From Ostrea edulis (taxonomy: Eukaryota): a stretch of DNA of 64,000 nucleotides. The DNA is taken from assembly GCF_947568905.1 (NCBI RefSeq), contig NC_079172.1:59954001-60018000 (forward strand). Direction: 5' to 3'. Under the pieces are notes generated by a model. The model was not told the DNA's origin. It did no database searches and saw only the letters and a program-made list of their open reading frames with translations. Position 1 is the stretch's first letter; each line of letters starts with the position of its first letter. Of the stretch, positions 61,401-64,000 are shown one piece after another. Position numbers and translations under genes: made by a program.

Positions 61401-63649
61401 TGTTATTCTGTGTGTTATTTCATGTGAATTACATTGAAGTTGATGAACATGGCTTTCTGTTGAACAGATCACGTTTTTCGAGATTACGCTTCCTCTCTGA
61501 TAGCAGCTAGCTGTGTCGCAGCCTCGCGTATCTCACTGCGTCTAACACCGACTTGGCCACAACAGCTACAGCTGATGACAGATTACTTCATTGAGGAACT
61601 GTTGCCCTGTGTTAATGTGATGCTGAGGTAAGTTATATACACAAAACCAGTGTAGAATAAGACTGTTAATGTGATGCTGAAGTAAGTTATATACACAAAT
61701 CTAGTGTAGAATATGACTGTTAGTGTGATGCTGAAGTAAGTTATACACAAATCTAGTGTAGAATATGACTGTTAATGTGACGCTGAAGTAAGTTATATAC
61801 ACAAATCTAGTGTAGAATATGACTGTTAGTGTGATACTGAAGTAAGTTATACACAAATCTCGTGTAGAGTATGACTGTTAGTGTGATGCTGAAGTAAGTT
61901 ATATACACAAATCTAGTGTAGAGTATGACTGTTAGTGTGATGCTGAAGTAAGTTATATACATACACAAATCTAGTGTAGAATATGACTGTTAATGTGATG
62001 CTGAAGTAAGTTATATACACAAATCTAGTGTAGAATATGACTGTTAATGTGATGCTGAAGTAAGTTATACACAAATCTAGTGTAGAATATGACTGTTAAT
62101 GTGATGCTGAAGTAAGTTATACACAAATCTAGTGTAGAGTATGACTGTTAGTGTGACGCTGAAGTAAGTTATATACACAAATCTAGTGTAGAATATGACT
62201 GTTAGTGTGATGCTGAAGTAAGTTATATACAAATCTAGTGTAGAGTCTGACTGTTAATGTGACGCTGAAGTAAGTTATATACACAAATCTAGTGTAGAAT
62301 ATGACTGTTAGTGTGACGCTGAAGTAAGTTATACACAAATCTAGTGTAGAATATGACTGTTAGTGTGACGCTGAAGTAAGTTATATACACAAATCTAGTG
62401 TAGAATATGACTGTTAATGTGACGCTGAAGTAAGTTATATACACAAATCTAGTGTAGAATATGACTGTTAGTGTGACGCTGAAGTAAGTTATATACACAA
62501 ATCTAGTGTAGAATATGACTGTTACATATCAGTAAGTCATAAAATGTATCTGCCAAAGAAATTATACTGGTTTCCTTTTCTGTAAAACTAACATTATATT
62601 ATTCATGCATCTATTGTGTGTTCAGGATAGGACATGTTGAAATCTTAGGCTTCTGTTGCTGGCCAGTACAATATTCAGGATAGGACATGTTGAAATTTAA
62701 GGCTTCTGTTGCTGACCAATACAATGTTCAGGATAGGACATGTTGAAATTTAACTAGGCTTCTGTTGCTGACCTGTACAATGTTCAGGATAGGACTTGTT
62801 GAAATCTAAGACAGCTGTTGCCGGTACAATATTCAGGATAGGACATGTTGAAATCTTAGGCTTTTGTTGCTGGTCAGTACAATATTCAGGATAGGACATG
62901 TTGAAATCTTAGGCTTCTGTTGCTGACCAGTACCATGTTCATCATAGGACATGTTGAAATTTAAGGCTTCTGTTGCTGACCAATACAATGTTCAGGATAG
63001 GATATGTTGGAATTTAACTAAGGCTTCTGTTGCTGACCTGTACAATGTTCAGGATAGGACTTGTTGAAATCTAAGACAGCTGTTGCCGGTACAATATTCA
63101 GGATAGGACTTGTTGAAATCTTAGGCTTCTGTTGCTGACCAGTACAATACTCAGGATAGGATATGTTGAAATTTAAGGCTTCTGTTGCTGACCAATACAA
63201 TGTTCAGGATAGGACATGTTGAAATCTTAGGCTTCTGTTGCTGACCAGTACAATATTCAGGATAGGACATATTGAAATTTAAGGCTTCTGTTGCTGACCA
63301 GTACAATATTCAGGATAGGACATGTTGAAATTTAAGCTTCTGTTGCATGTTCAGATTTTGATGCTTGTAATTGATCTGTACAATGTTGTCTGTTATTTGA
63401 ATTCATTTTGACATGTTTGTCAACTCTTCAAAACTTTTTTTCAGATTTCAAAAGAAAGATCGACAGCTTTCACAGTGTAAATATGTTTCGGCTCCTCAGT
63501 TCACCATGGCAACTAATCACTCTCTGTCATACACCCCTGTTGGTTTCTACAATGGCCAGCAGCAGTACTACCCAGCAACCTATGCCAACCCTAAGATGAT
63601 GGTTTCCCAAGATGGCAAATCGCAATTGTACATGAGTAGGGGGTCCTAA
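58433..63649 (+). CDS. CCNJ: Cyclin J, 4 coding exons, 314 aa
   Basis: Exons 58433-58709, 60363-60665, 61468-61627 and 63445-63649. EWWK..EDIYETLRRKE..PTYHGHSPQL..RR..HLAVYLMD, cyclin folds and FIEISLQDHVF..SLIAASCVAASRISLRLTPTWP match cyclin J as recalled. Likely 5'UTR intron 58334-58415. Confidence 0.93.
58970..60043. mobile_element. Non-autonomous TIR element with subterminal (ACAACTCGCCCC) repeats in CCNJ intron 1
   Basis: Four GACAACTCGCCC repeats at the left end and inverted copies at the right; CTGGAA on both flanks. Confidence 0.75.
61609..62525. repeat. 52/54-bp minisatellite x~17 starting in CCNJ exon 3 and spanning its donor
   Basis: Unit CTGTTAATGTGATGCTGAA|GTAAGTTATATACACAAATCTAGTGTAGAATATGA. 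Confidence 0.95.
62625..63345. repeat. ~53-bp minisatellite x~14 with a repeated block of variants
   Basis: Unit CAGGATAGGACATGTTGAAATCTTAGGCTTCTGTTGCTGACCAGTACAATATT. Confidence 0.95.
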
Positions 63650-63865
63650 CACCAGGTAATATTAATTGCTGAATCAGTGACTACTCTGAACTAATTAATG
63701 AACTAATTAAGAGAGATGAAATGGTGTGACCTGTAGCTCAAGTTTAGAGAGATGATCATCACAGATTTATTGTTAAGAAACAATTTTGTGGTTTTGCATT
63801 TCAAGTGATGAAAGATTTGTTAGTAGGCAATATTTTTGGTTTTCCTCGATATTTTTTAACATAGT

Positions 63866-64000
63866 ACAGGTAAACTTCGGCATCTCGAACACCGATATGT
63901 CAAATACCACGGATGTCTCGAAGTGAGTCGATGGTCCCGGCCAGTTTTACTATATTCATGATTTTTGAAAAAACAGTATCTCGAACACGGAAACCTAGAA
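63866..64000. mobile_element. MITE left end, truncated by the window edge
   Basis: TACAGGTAAACTTCGG..TCTCGAAC..TCTCGAAG motif typical of TA-targeting MITEs. Confidence 0.45.

Overview
AT-rich, intron-containing animal genomic DNA, most likely from an oyster or related bivalve (inferred from Cg170-like satellite/HINE repeats and bivalve-type SINEs). I assembled five host genes by hand from GT-AG boundaries and frame continuity: the 3' six exons of a CD38/BST1-like ADP-ribosyl cyclase with a GPI-type tail (+), a 7-exon secreted protein of unknown family (+), TTC1 (+), a PWWP2A/B homolog (-) and cyclin J (+). TTC1-PWWP2-CCNJ mirrors the human TTC1-PWWP2A-CCNJL neighbourhood. The rest is dense in mobile DNA: a near-intact intron-bearing hAT inside TTC1 intron 1; MULE, Tc1, Gypsy, LINE and Crypton-like relics; nested HINE/satellite elements; SINEs; MITEs; and minisatellites. 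The observations most worth checking are minimal type I hammerhead ribozyme motifs (one sense-strand intronic, one head-to-head pair in a 211-bp palindrome), a miniature LTR retroelement with a tRNA-derived Pol III promoter in its LTRs, minisatellites that copy splice sites, and a Glu-to-Ala change in the cyclase TLEDTL motif. All calls come from reading the sequence; no database searches were run.
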